Shown here one piece after another: positions 14,760 through 24,158 of a stretch of 36,010 bases of DNA. The stretch comes from Spirochaetota bacterium (lineage in GTDB: Bacteria > Spirochaetota > Spirochaetia > Treponematales > UBA12059), in assembly GCA_022709445.1 (NCBI GenBank), contig JAKLIU010000001.1:1-36010 (forward strand), written 5' to 3'. A program made the translations under genes and the position numbers. The notes under the pieces are model-generated. The model did no database searches. It was not told where the DNA came from and was given only the letters and a program-made list of their open reading frames with translations. Position 1 is the first letter of the stretch. Each line of letters starts with the position of its first letter.

Positions 14760-16334
14760 ATGATCGGACGAACGTTCGCAACCGGATCCTCGGGGCCGCG
14801 CGGCCCATCCCGCTCCCCGGAATCGATTCCTCGCGCCCTCGAAGACGCCCGCGGCGGTCCCGCCGGCTCCCGCAGCCCCGTGGACGCGGTGATCGTCCTC
14901 ATAGGCGGGACGGGAGACCTGGCGGCCAGGCGCATCGTGCCGGCCCTGTTCACGCTCTGGCGGGAGGGGCGGCTGGCGCCCGGTTCCCGCGTGGTGGGCA
15001 TGGGCAGGCGCTCCATGGACGACGGCTCCTACCGCCGGCTGCTCGCGGAAGGCTGCTCCGCGCTTCCCGGCTTCGATCCAGCGGCCTGGGAAGCCTTCTC
15101 CTCCCGCATCGAATACCTGCGCGGCGACGCCTCCGATCCCCGTCCGTACGCCCTGCTGTCCGCCCGCCGCTTCGCCGACGCCTCGACCAACGGTCTCTTC
15201 TACCTGGCCTGCGTCCCGGACCGCTTCGGGGACGCCGCCCGCCGCATAGCGGAGGCAGGACTGGCCGGCCGGGATTCCGGAGCGACGGGCTTCCGCCGGC
15301 TCGCGGTGGAAAAACCCTTCGGCACGGACCTGGCCAGCGCCCGCAGCCTGAACCGGCTGCTCCACGAGCGCTACGACGAATCCGACATATTCCGCGTCGA
15401 CCACTACCTGGGCAAGGATGCGGTGCAGAACCTGCTCTACTTCCGCTTCGCCAACGCCCTCTTCGAGCCGGTCTGGAACCGCAAGTACATAGAGCGCGTG
15501 GAGATATCCGTCACCGAGACCGGCGGCATAGGCCAGCGCGGCGGCTACTACGACGACGCGGGCGCCACCCGCGACATGCTCCAGAGCCACCTCATGCAGC
15601 TGTTCTGCCTGACAGCCATGGAACGACCCGCGGATTTCTCCCAGGAGGCCGTCCGCGAGGAGAAGGTGCGCATCCTGCGCGCCGTCCCCCACGCCGCCGA
15701 GGGCGGGGACTCGCTCGCCTGCCTGCGGGGCCAGTACGTCCGCAACCACGAGGCCGGCCTGCCCGGCTACCGCGAGGAACCCTACGTCCGGCCGGATTCG
15801 GGGACCGAGACCTTCGTTGCCCTCAGGCTGTCCGTCGACAATTGGCGCTGGAACGGCGTTCCCTTCATATTGAAGACCGGCAAGTCGCTCGCGGCGCGCA
15901 GCACCGCCATCAGCGTGATCTTCCGGGCGGGTTCCATGGACCTGAACGGGCAGGACCCCGACGCCAACCGCCTGGTGCTCCGCATCCAGCCGGAAGAAGG
16001 CGCGAGCATCGGCTTCAACGTCAAGGCGCCGGGCAGCGACGGACCGGCCCGGGACGAGCTGTCCGGCATGTTCCGCAGGTCCGGCGGGCAGGTTCCCGGT
16101 CCCTACGAGCGACTGCTGGCCGACGCCCTGGCCGGCGACTCCACGCTGTTCATCCGCTTCGACGAGACCGAGGAGGCCTGGCGCCTCCTGGAACCGGTGC
16201 TGTCCGCCTGGAAGCGCGATCCCCTCGCCGACCTCGCCTTCTACACCGCCGGCGGGGATGGACCGGACATATCGCGGCTCCTGGCGCGGGAGAACCCCGC
16301 CGCGGCAACCGGACGGGACGCCCGCGGAGCTTGA
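14760..16334 (+). CDS. zwf: Glucose-6-phosphate 1-dehydrogenase
   Basis: LIGGTGDLAARRIVPAL (NADP site), the active-site motif FRVDHYLGKDAVQNLLYFRFAN, and RDMLQSHLMQL. The start could be later than 14760 because the N-terminal roughly 40 aa are low complexity. Confidence 0.9.
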   Translation: MIGRTFATGSSGPRGPSRSPESIPRALEDARGGPAGSRSPVDAVIVLIGGTGDLAARRIVPALFTLWREGRLAPGSRVVGMGRRSMDDGSYRRLLAEGCSALPGFDPAAWEAFSSRIEYLRGDASDPRPYALLSARRFADASTNGLFYLACVPDRFGDAARRIAEAGLAGRDSGATGFRRLAVEKPFGTDLASARSLNRLLHERYDESDIFRVDHYLGKDAVQNLLYFRFANALFEPVWNRKYIERVEISVTETGGIGQRGGYYDDAGATRDMLQSHLMQLFCLTAMERPADFSQEAVREEKVRILRAVPHAAEGGDSLACLRGQYVRNHEAGLPGYREEPYVRPDSGTETFVALRLSVDNWRWNGVPFILKTGKSLAARSTAISVIFRAGSMDLNGQDPDANRLVLRIQPEEGASIGFNVKAPGSDGPARDELSGMFRRSGGQVPGPYERLLADALAGDSTLFIRFDETEEAWRLLEPVLSAWKRDPLADLAFYTAGGDGPDISRLLARENPAAATGRDARGA

Positions 16335-16366
16335 CAGGCGAGGCTCCGATCGACGAGCCTTGAGCC

Positions 16367-18061
16367 GTGCCCCCAAGCCCCGATTCTCCAGGCGCAAAAG
16401 ATCTCGTGGACCGCGCCGCGTCCCTCATAGAGGGCGATCCTCCCAGGGGCGTCGCGCTGGCCAGGGAGGCCCTGTCCCTGGCCTTGGCCGAGGGCGACAC
16501 CGAACAGGCCATCGAGGCCTGGCGGCTGATCGGCTTTTCCCGCATCGCCGCCGCGGACTATTCGGGCGCCATGGAGCTGTTCATGGACGCCGAGGAGGAC
16601 CTGGCGGTCCGTTTCGGCATCGGCGACACGCCGTCCGAGTTCCTCAACGGCATAGGCGTCGCCTACCAGCACCTGGGCCTGTACGTGACCGCCTATTCCT
16701 ACCTCGAGGAAGCCCGCCGCAAGCTCAGGCCGGGAGCCTCGCCAAGGTCCAGGATATCCCTCCTCAACAACCTGGGCCTGGTGCTCTGGCAGCTCGGGGA
16801 GCGGGAACGCGGCCTGTCCGCCCTGCACGCGGCCCTGGACGCCTGCCGGGAGGCCGCCATCGAGCCTGGCACCTGGCTGGGCATCCGGGCAAACCTGGCC
16901 GAGCTCCTGGGGTCAGGCGGGCGTCCGGTGGAAGCCGAAGCCGAGCTGCGGACGATACTGGCCGATTGCGTCGACGCCAACCTGGATCCCCTCCGCGGCC
17001 AGGCCCTTGACGGCTTGGCAGCCTCCCTGCGCGATCAGGGCCGCTTCCCCGAAGCGCTGGCGGCCGCCGAGGAATCCCTGGCCATCTTCCGGCGCCTGGG
17101 CGCCATCCGGGACCTGATCGGCACCCACCGCTGCCATGCGGAAATCCTGTTGGCCATGGGCCGGCCGCGGGAAGCCATCGACTCCTGCGCCGAGGCTCTG
17201 CGGCTCGTCGGGACCGCCTCGCCCGAGCAGCGGGCGGATCTCCAGTCGGTCAAGGCGCGCTCGCTCGAGGAACTCGGCGAGTACCGGGAGGCCTGCCTGG
17301 CCTGGCGCGAATACCGGACCATCGATCCGGGGAGCGACATATCCCGCAGCCGCGCGGAAATCATGGACCGCAACCTGGGTGCCCAGCGCGTCGCCGCCGC
17401 GGAGCTGCAGTCACAGCTCCGGTCCAAGGCGGAGGCCATGTCCCGCGCCCAGGAGACCATCATAGAAGCGCTGGCCGGCATCGCGGAGGCCAGGGACGAC
17501 ATCACCGGCAAGCACATCCGCAGGGCAGCCCGCTACGTGGCCGTCCTGATGGCCGAGTACGCCGGCCGCTGCCCATCGTGCATCACCCGCGAGCAGCAGG
17601 AGCTCTACGCCGCGACCGCCCCGCTCCACGACATTGGCAAAGTGGGCATACCCGACTCGATACTCCAGAAACCGGGCCCCCTGGACGCCGCCGAGCGTGC
17701 GGCCGTGGAAGAGCATCCTCTCCTGGGCGAGCGGGTCCTGACCCGGGCGTCCTGGGACGCCGTGGACAAGGCCTACGCGGACGCCGCCATGGAGATCGTG
17801 GGAGCCCACCACGAGCGCTGGGACGGGGCAGGCTATCCGCGTGGACTGGCAGGCAGGGCCATACCCCTGGGCGGCCGCATCATGGCCGTGGCGGACGTGT
17901 ACGACGCCATGCGCTCGGCCAGGCCCTACAAGGGTCCCCTCGGCCATGCCGAGGCCGTGGAGTTCATCTCCTCGGAGGCAGGCACGCGCTTCGACCCGCT
18001 CATCGTGGAGTCCTTCCTGGCGGTGGCCGGGGAGTTCGAGCGCATCTTCGCTTCCGGCTGA
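16367..18061 (+). CDS. TPR-repeat protein with a C-terminal HD-GYP domain (c-di-GMP phosphodiesterase type)
   Basis: The N-terminal roughly 300 aa are TPR-like. The C-terminus has HDIGKVGIPDSILQKPGPL, EEHPLLG, HHERWDGAGYPRGL and VADVYDAMRSARPYK. GTG start, with no clear Shine-Dalgarno. Confidence 0.85.
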   Translation: MPPSPDSPGAKDLVDRAASLIEGDPPRGVALAREALSLALAEGDTEQAIEAWRLIGFSRIAAADYSGAMELFMDAEEDLAVRFGIGDTPSEFLNGIGVAYQHLGLYVTAYSYLEEARRKLRPGASPRSRISLLNNLGLVLWQLGERERGLSALHAALDACREAAIEPGTWLGIRANLAELLGSGGRPVEAEAELRTILADCVDANLDPLRGQALDGLAASLRDQGRFPEALAAAEESLAIFRRLGAIRDLIGTHRCHAEILLAMGRPREAIDSCAEALRLVGTASPEQRADLQSVKARSLEELGEYREACLAWREYRTIDPGSDISRSRAEIMDRNLGAQRVAAAELQSQLRSKAEAMSRAQETIIEALAGIAEARDDITGKHIRRAARYVAVLMAEYAGRCPSCITREQQELYAATAPLHDIGKVGIPDSILQKPGPLDAAERAAVEEHPLLGERVLTRASWDAVDKAYADAAMEIVGAHHERWDGAGYPRGLAGRAIPLGGRIMAVADVYDAMRSARPYKGPLGHAEAVEFISSEAGTRFDPLIVESFLAVAGEFERIFASG

Positions 18062-18084
18062 GCGCCGCGCCCGGATACGCGAAA

Positions 18085-18122
18085 AACGCCCCCGGATGGC
18101 CTCACAGGCCGCCGGGGGCGTT
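18085..18122. terminator. Bidirectional terminator between the HD-GYP gene and the ABC permease operon
   Basis: 11-bp stem, aacgcccccgg with ccgggggcgtt. An A-run sits on the left, giving a U-run for the minus-strand transcript. A weak T-rich stretch sits on the right. Confidence 0.6.
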
Positions 18123-18159
18123 CGTGTTCAGGGGACGGCTCCCCGCACGGGGAACGGTA

Positions 18160-19104
18160 TCAGCGCTTGCCTTGGTCGAAGGGCTCGCCGGCGGCCCGCG
18201 GGGCCTGCGAGGACTTGGAGAACAGGACCAGGGCCGCGAGGGTGACCACGTACGGGAAGGCCTTGAGCAACAGGCCCGGGATCCTGGAGAAGGCGGGGAT
18301 CACCTGGGATACGTTGGCCACGGTGGCCGCGATGCCGAAGAAGAAGGTGGAGCCCAGGATGCCCGCGGGCTTCCACTGGCCGAAGATGAGCGCGGCGAGG
18401 GCCAGGAAGCCCAGGCCGGACACGCTGCCGTTGAACTCGCTGGAGTAGGTCACCAGGATCACCGCTCCGGCCAGTCCCGCCAGCGCCCCTGAAATCATCA
18501 CCGCGATGTAGCGCATGCGGTAGACGCTGATGCCGGCGGCGTCGGCGGTTTGCGGATGCTCGCCGCAGGCCCGCAGGCGCAGCCCGAAGGGCGTCTTGTA
18601 GATCACCACCCAGGAGATCGCCACCAGGGCAAGCACCAGCCAGGTGGTGGCGTAGGTCTTGGAGAAGAACAGGGGCCCCAGGACGGGGATGTCGGAGAGC
18701 AGAGGAATGTCCCGCTGGATGAAGCCCATGGTGATGCGCACGTTGCCGGATCCGGTGATGTTGCGCGCCAGGAACACGGTCAGGGCGCCGGCTATCATGT
18801 TGATGGCCGTGCCGCTGATCACCTGGTTGGCCTTGAGGTTGATGCTCGCGACCGCATGCAGGAGCGAGAACGCAGCGCCGATGACCATGGCCGCGGCCAG
18901 CCCCACCCAGAGGGCGGACGGTCCCATGCTCGCCTGCAGGCCGGAGATGACCATGGCGCTGGTGAAGGATCCCACCACCATCAGGCCCTCGAGGCCTATG
19001 TTCACGACGCCCGAGCGCTCGCAGTAGAGACCGCCCAGGGCCGCGGCAAGGAGGGGCATGGTGTAGGCGATGGCGTACGGGAATACGCTGAAGATGGTTT
19101 CCAT
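18160..19104 (-). CDS. ABC transporter permease, BMP/nucleoside-type (YufQ/NupQ/RfuD-like)
   Basis: Multi-TM protein. LGGLYCERSGVVNIGLEGLMVVG is typical of BPD_transp_2 permeases. It is the last gene of the BMP transporter operon. Confidence 0.88.
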   Translation of the reverse strand: METIFSVFPYAIAYTMPLLAAALGGLYCERSGVVNIGLEGLMVVGSFTSAMVISGLQASMGPSALWVGLAAAMVIGAAFSLLHAVASINLKANQVISGTAINMIAGALTVFLARNITGSGNVRITMGFIQRDIPLLSDIPVLGPLFFSKTYATTWLVLALVAISWVVIYKTPFGLRLRACGEHPQTADAAGISVYRMRYIAVMISGALAGLAGAVILVTYSSEFNGSVSGLGFLALAALIFGQWKPAGILGSTFFFGIAATVANVSQVIPAFSRIPGLLLKAFPYVVTLAALVLFSKSSQAPRAAGEPFDQGKR

Positions 19105-19105
19105 C

Positions 19106-20158
19106 CTAGGCCTCCTTCTTGAACTTGCGGCGCAGGAAGTCGTAGAAACGCACGAACAGCACGCTCGTGGCCGCGAAATAGATGATGGTGGCGATGATGG
19201 TGTCGCCGATCTCCGGCGGTATGTCGGTCATGGCGTTCATGAAGCCCTTGCCCGAGTGCAGGATGCCGAAGAAGACCGCCGAGGCGAACACGCCCCAGGG
19301 CGAGTTTGCGCCCAGCAGGGCCACGGCTATCCCGTCGAGGCCCGCGGCCGGAAGCACGCCTATCTGCATGTTCACCGAGTAGCCGGCGTAGAAGGTGGCG
19401 CCGGCGAGTCCGGCCAGGGCCCCGGAAATGCCCAGGGCCATGATGATGTTGCGGCTCACGTCGATGCCCGCGTACTCGGCGGCGTGGCGGTTGAAGCCGA
19501 CCGCCTTGAGCTCGTAGCCCAGGGTGGTCCGGTTGAGGATCAGGGCTATGATCGCCGTGGCTCCTATGGCCAGGATCAGGCCCAGGTTGATGTACGAGCC
19601 CTTGAAGAGATCGGAGAGCCAGTCCACGCGCAGCGAGGCGTACTCGGGAATGCGCCGGGACTCGGTTTCCAGGAAGGTGCCCTTGAAGTAGGCGGGAATG
19701 GAATAGTAGACCACCCAGTACGCCAGCCAGTTCATCATGATGGTGGACACCACCTCGTGCACGTTGAACTTGGCCTTCAGGTAGCCGGGTATCGAGGCCC
19801 ACAAGGCGCCGCCGAGTGCCGCGCCCAGCAGCATGACGAAGAGCATCAGCGGCTTGGACAGTTCCAGGCTCAGGCCCAGGGCCGTGGCCACGAGGCCTCC
19901 GATGAGCATCTGGCCGGCGGCCCCGATGCTGAACAGGCCGGTGCGGAACGCGAAGGCCACCGACAGCCCGGTGAGCACCAGGGTGGTGGCGGAGGCCAGG
20001 GTGTTGCCTATCCGCTCCAGGTTCATGAGGCCGCCGCGGAACAGGAAGGAGTATCCCTTGAAGGGGTCCGCGCCCGTGAGCGCCATGAAGATGGCGCCGG
20101 CGACCAGGCCCAGGAGCACGGCCGCCAGCGCGGTGAAGAGGGATCTGGTCCGGTTCAT
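19106..20158 (-). CDS. ABC transporter permease, BMP/nucleoside-type (YufP/NupP/RfuC-like)
   Basis: Multi-TM protein of the BPD_transp_2 type. Its start overlaps the ATPase stop (ATGA). Confidence 0.88.
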   Translation of the reverse strand: MNRTRSLFTALAAVLLGLVAGAIFMALTGADPFKGYSFLFRGGLMNLERIGNTLASATTLVLTGLSVAFAFRTGLFSIGAAGQMLIGGLVATALGLSLELSKPLMLFVMLLGAALGGALWASIPGYLKAKFNVHEVVSTIMMNWLAYWVVYYSIPAYFKGTFLETESRRIPEYASLRVDWLSDLFKGSYINLGLILAIGATAIIALILNRTTLGYELKAVGFNRHAAEYAGIDVSRNIIMALGISGALAGLAGATFYAGYSVNMQIGVLPAAGLDGIAVALLGANSPWGVFASAVFFGILHSGKGFMNAMTDIPPEIGDTIIATIIYFAATSVLFVRFYDFLRRKFKKEA

Positions 20159-21678
20159 GCATGTCCTCCGCTCGCGACGCCGGCCATCATGAGGCCTATC
20201 TCGCCTTCGTTCGTCTCGGCCGGCAGCTTCATGCCGGTCAGCTCGCCATGGCTGATGACCGCGATGCGGTCGGACAGGTCCATGACCTCGTCCAGCTCCA
20301 GTGACACCAGGAGCACGGCCTTGCCGCCGTCGCGCTGCTCCACCAGGCGCTTGTGTATGTACTCGATGGAGCCCACGTCCAGGCCTCGCGTGGGCTGCAC
20401 CGCGATCAGCAGCTCCGGGTCGTGGCTGATCTCCCGGCCGACGATGGCCTTCTGCTGGTTGCCGCCGGACATGGTCCTGGCTATGGAGAGCGTCCCCTGC
20501 CCGGCGCGCACGTCGAAGGCGTCCATCAGCTTGGCCGCGTGGGCGCGTATGGCCTTGCGGTTGATGAAGCCGCGCTTGGAGAAGGGCTCGAGCCCGTAGA
20601 TCTCCAGGATGAAGTTCTCTTCCATGGTGTAGTCAAGCACCAGTCCGCGCTTCTGCCGGTCCTCCGGGATGTGGGCCATGCCGCCGCGGATGCGCCCGCG
20701 TATGCTGGCATGGGTCATGTCCTTTCCCATGAAGAGGATGCTGCCCGACTCCGCCTTGCGCAGCCCGGTCAGGGCCTCGACCAGCTCGGTCTGCCCGTTG
20801 CCGTCCACGCCAGCCAGGCCCAGGATCTCGCCGCGCCGGACCTGGAGGCTGAAGTTCTTGACCGCCTGGGTCTTGCGGCTGGACTGGACGCAGAGGTCCT
20901 TGATGTCCAGCACCACCTCGCCCGGCTCGCGGTCCCGCTTGTCCACCTTGAAGCTCACCTGGCGGCCGACCATCATCTCGGCCATGACCTGGGTGGAGGT
21001 GCCGGCCACGTCGACGGTGCCCACCACCTTGCCGCGGCGGATCACCGTGCAGCGCTCCGCGATGGCCTTGATCTCCTTGAGCTTGTGCGTGATCAGGATG
21101 ATGGACTTGTCCTCGGCCTTGAGGTTCCGCATGATCTTCATGAGATCCACGATCTCCTGCGGGGTCAGCACCGCGGTGGGCTCGTCGAAGATGAGCACCT
21201 CGGCGTCGCGGTAGAGCATCTTCAGGATCTCCACGCGCTGCTGCATGCCCACGGAGATGTCCTCTATCCTGGCGTCCGGATCGACGTCCAGCCCGTAGCG
21301 CACGGACAGCTCCTTGATGCGCCGGGAGGCGTCCGCCGTCTTCAGGAAGGGCCCGTTGACCGGCTCGATGCCCAGGATGATGTTCTCCGTCACGGTGAAG
21401 TTGTGCACCAGCTTGAAGTGCTGGTGGACCATGCCTATCCCCAGGGCGTTGGCCACGTTGGGGTTGTGTATCTGCACTTCCTTGCCGCGCACCTTGATGA
21501 CGCCGGAATCCGCCTTGTAGAGCCCGAACAATATGCTCATGAGGGTGGATTTCCCGGCCCCGTTCTCCCCGAGGAGCGCGTGTATCTCCCCCTTGCGGAG
21601 CTGTATGCTGATATCGTCGTTGGCCAGGATGCCGGGAAAACTCTTGCTGACATTCAACATCTCGACGATGTGTTCCAT
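20155..21678 (-). CDS. ABC transporter ATP-binding protein with two fused ATPase domains
   Basis: Walker A GENGAGKST, signature LSVGMQQRVEILK, Walker B VLIFDEPT, and a second domain with MSGGNQQK and LLIAVQPTRGLDV. The ATG at 21678 has a GGAGGG Shine-Dalgarno. Confidence 0.92.
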   Translation of the reverse strand: MEHIVEMLNVSKSFPGILANDDISIQLRKGEIHALLGENGAGKSTLMSILFGLYKADSGVIKVRGKEVQIHNPNVANALGIGMVHQHFKLVHNFTVTENIILGIEPVNGPFLKTADASRRIKELSVRYGLDVDPDARIEDISVGMQQRVEILKMLYRDAEVLIFDEPTAVLTPQEIVDLMKIMRNLKAEDKSIILITHKLKEIKAIAERCTVIRRGKVVGTVDVAGTSTQVMAEMMVGRQVSFKVDKRDREPGEVVLDIKDLCVQSSRKTQAVKNFSLQVRRGEILGLAGVDGNGQTELVEALTGLRKAESGSILFMGKDMTHASIRGRIRGGMAHIPEDRQKRGLVLDYTMEENFILEIYGLEPFSKRGFINRKAIRAHAAKLMDAFDVRAGQGTLSIARTMSGGNQQKAIVGREISHDPELLIAVQPTRGLDVGSIEYIHKRLVEQRDGGKAVLLVSLELDEVMDLSDRIAVISHGELTGMKLPAETNEGEIGLMMAGVASGGHA

Positions 21679-21714
21679 GGACCCTCCAAACAGAAGTCGA
21701 ACTGGTGGCGCCCC

Positions 21715-21744
21715 AGTATAGTGCATTTCCGCGCGCAGGCACAA
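21715..21744 (-). promoter_or_regulatory. Possible internal promoter ahead of the ABC ATPase gene
   Basis: The minus strand reads TTGTGC, 18 nt, TATACT, about 35 nt upstream of the ATG at 21678. Confidence 0.3.
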
Positions 21745-21783
21745 ATAAAAGCGCCCGGAATGGCGTCAGCCGAACCGGGCGCT
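21742..21783 (-). terminator. Intra-operon stem-loop or partial terminator after the binding-protein gene
   Basis: 9-bp stem, agcgcccgg with ccgggcgct, with a 16-nt loop. It is followed on the minus strand by UUUUAUUUG. Confidence 0.5.
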
Positions 21784-21802
21784 CCGCATCGGGAAACGAC
21801 GC

Positions 21803-22876
21803 TTACTTTATCAGGGTGCCCTGGACGTCGGCGACCACGACCGCGCCGCTCTGGAGGAGGGCGAAGACGGCCTGGACCTTGGCCTGCACGTCGGCGGACA
21901 GGTTGGGGTTGGCGGCGGGGATGCCGATGCCGTTGTTCTTGGCGTTGAAGACCAGGGTCTGCCCGCCGGGGAACTTGCCATCGAGCTCGGCCTTGATCAT
22001 GTCGAAGGCGGCGGTGCCGATGCCCTTCATGGCGCTGGTCAGGATGATGGACTTGGTGCCGTCATAGATGCCTTCGGGGTACTGGTCGACGTCGACGCCG
22101 ATGATCCAGGCGGTCTTGCCGGCCACGGCGCGGGACTTCGCCTCGTTGATCGCGCCCACGCCCACGCCGCCGGCGGCGCAGAAGATGGCGGTCACGCCCT
22201 TGTCGAACATGGAAGCGGCGATCTGCTGGCCGGCGGCCACGTCGCTGAAGGAGCCCTGGTACACCACGTTCTCGGCCTTGAGGACGATCTTGGTGCCGGC
22301 ATTGGCGTTGGCGTAGGCCACGCCCTGCTGGAAGCCCCAGTTGAACTTCTGGACGGCCGGGATCTCCATGCCGCCGATGAAGCCGAACTCGCCGGCCTGG
22401 ATCTGGAGGGCGGCGGCGTAACCGGCCACGAAGCCGGCTTCATGCTCGGCGAAGAAGATGGACACGGTGTTGGCGCCCACGACCGGGGTGTAGTCGCCGG
22501 AGTGCGGGTTGCCGTCGATGAGGACGAACTTGGCGTCGGCGTACTTGGTCTGGGCCTGGAAGATCGAGGTCTCGAACTTGAAGCCGGGGGTCACGATGAA
22601 CTTGAAGCCGGCATCGTAGAGGTTGCCGATTTCCTTGATGTAGTCGGCTTCGGTGGTGCCGGTGGGCTTCAGGTACTTGGTCTCGACGCCGAGCTCGGTG
22701 CCGGCGCGGAGGATGCCTTCCCAGGTGCCCTGGTTGAAGGACTTGTCGTCGATGGTGCCGGCGTCGGTCACCATGCCGACCTTGAGGGCGGCGACGGGGG
22801 CTTTCTCGGTCTTGGCGCAGCCGGTGAAGGCAATGGCCACGACGAGCAGAGCGAAAAGGATGGTGCGAATCTTCAT
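21803..22876 (-). CDS. BMP-family ABC substrate-binding lipoprotein (TmpC/PnrA/Med-like, probably nucleoside-binding)
   Basis: Lipoprotein signal MKIRTILFALLVVAIAFTG-C. KVGMVTDAGTIDDKSFNQGTWEG, GFIGGMEIP and IGVDVDQ are typical of the BMP family. AAGGAG Shine-Dalgarno. Confidence 0.9.
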   Translation of the reverse strand: MKIRTILFALLVVAIAFTGCAKTEKAPVAALKVGMVTDAGTIDDKSFNQGTWEGILRAGTELGVETKYLKPTGTTEADYIKEIGNLYDAGFKFIVTPGFKFETSIFQAQTKYADAKFVLIDGNPHSGDYTPVVGANTVSIFFAEHEAGFVAGYAAALQIQAGEFGFIGGMEIPAVQKFNWGFQQGVAYANANAGTKIVLKAENVVYQGSFSDVAAGQQIAASMFDKGVTAIFCAAGGVGVGAINEAKSRAVAGKTAWIIGVDVDQYPEGIYDGTKSIILTSAMKGIGTAAFDMIKAELDGKFPGGQTLVFNAKNNGIGIPAANPNLSADVQAKVQAVFALLQSGAVVVADVQGTLIK

Positions 22877-22916
22877 GTTCCTGATCTCCTTCTTCCCATT
22901 TTTGGGGTGGGCGATC

Positions 22917-22945
22917 ATACTAGCCCCATACAGGCGAAAATGCAA
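22917..22945 (-). promoter_or_regulatory. Sigma70-type promoter for the BMP transporter operon
   Basis: The minus strand reads TTGCAT, 17 nt, TAGTAT, about 40 nt upstream of the ATG at 22876. Confidence 0.45.
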
Positions 22946-23000
22946 GCACTACTTAGCATTTTTTCACCCGTTGCGGCGGTATTCCGCGCCACGGCCCCGT

Positions 23001-24158
23001 TCATCGCAGGCCGTCGATGAATTCCTCCGCCGCCACCTCGTCCGGCGGGACGACGATCTCGCCGGAGACGATGCGCACTGAAATGTCACGCAGGGCGTCC
23101 GCGTAGGCCTCGGGCAATCCGCTGGCCACCCAGGAGATGCCTTCCTGCGCGATGCCGGCCTTCCGGTAGCCGCCCTCGGCGACCACGCCCAGGAAGGCGT
23201 CGCGCCCGATGCGGTAGACCATCCGGTCCACGTGCTTGACCATGGAGGCGGGAACGGAGGCCGCCAGGGCCTGCCTGGCCGGATCCGGGTCGGCCGCGTA
23301 GGCGGCCGCCAGGTCGACGTCCGCCCCGAGCACCGGGATGCCCAGCCTGGAGGCCGCCTCCACGACGCCCGCGCCGGCCGCCCCCGCCACGTTGAAGAAC
23401 ACCTTGATGCCGGCCTTCTGCGCGAGCGAGGTGGTGTAGTACGCGGCCTGGTTGGTGTTGGCGAAGGCCGCGGAGCCGCGCCCCAGGAAGGCCCAGGTGA
23501 GCCTGCCCCTCAGGCGGAGCTCCGGGTTGGTCCACGCCGCCCCCGCCATGAATCCGGCCAGGTAGCGGTGGGCGACCGGCATGTCCATGCCGCCTATGAA
23601 ACCCACCTTGGCCTCCCGGCCGGCGTCGAGCGAGATCAGCCCGGCCGCCGCGCCCATGAGGAAGGCTCCTTCGTGCTCGGAGAAGGAGACGCAGGTGATG
23701 TTGGACGCGGCCGTCAGGTCCGGCACGAAGCCGTCGATCAGGACGAAGCGTATGCCGGGGAATTCACGGGCCACGCTCATGAGGGAATCCGAGAAGAGGA
23801 AACCGACCGCGAAGACCAGGTTGCGGCCCTCCTGCGCCATGGCGCGCAGCACGGCCCGCCGGTCGCTGCCCTCCGGCGTCTCCGTCAGGCGTATGGTGAA
23901 CTCGTCGCCGAAGCGCTCGTCCGTCTCGCCCTCCACGCGTCCCTTCCATTCGGTCGCCAGGAGGAGCGCGCCCTCGCGGGCGGAGCGGTTGATGGACATG
24001 TCGGACACGCCGCCGGTCTCCATCACGATGCCGATGCGCAGCATGCGCTCCGGCCCGGCCTCCGGACCGTCCTCGCGGGAAGCGGGTCCGCACGAGGCGC
24101 CGAGGACCGCCAGCGCCGCCAGGGACGCGAGAGCCAGGACGCCGCCGATTCGTTTCAT
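23001..24158 (-). CDS. Second, divergent BMP-family lipoprotein
   Basis: Signal and lipobox-like LAVLGAS-C. IGIVMETGGVSDMSINRSAREGA, GFIGGMDMP and LGADVD parallel the BMP motifs but are clearly diverged. The start overlaps the deoC stop (ATGA). Confidence 0.8.
   Translation of the reverse strand: MKRIGGVLALASLAALAVLGASCGPASREDGPEAGPERMLRIGIVMETGGVSDMSINRSAREGALLLATEWKGRVEGETDERFGDEFTIRLTETPEGSDRRAVLRAMAQEGRNLVFAVGFLFSDSLMSVAREFPGIRFVLIDGFVPDLTAASNITCVSFSEHEGAFLMGAAAGLISLDAGREAKVGFIGGMDMPVAHRYLAGFMAGAAWTNPELRLRGRLTWAFLGRGSAAFANTNQAAYYTTSLAQKAGIKVFFNVAGAAGAGVVEAASRLGIPVLGADVDLAAAYAADPDPARQALAASVPASMVKHVDRMVYRIGRDAFLGVVAEGGYRKAGIAQEGISWVASGLPEAYADALRDISVRIVSGEIVVPPDEVAAEEFIDGLR

Noticed and set aside
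14598-16397. 599-aa minus-strand ORF and 582-aa plus-strand ORF (14615-16363) overlapping zwf
   Set aside because: The frame at 14760-16334 carries the exact G6PD active-site motifs. The other two frames give Arg/Pro/Gly-rich sequences without motifs.
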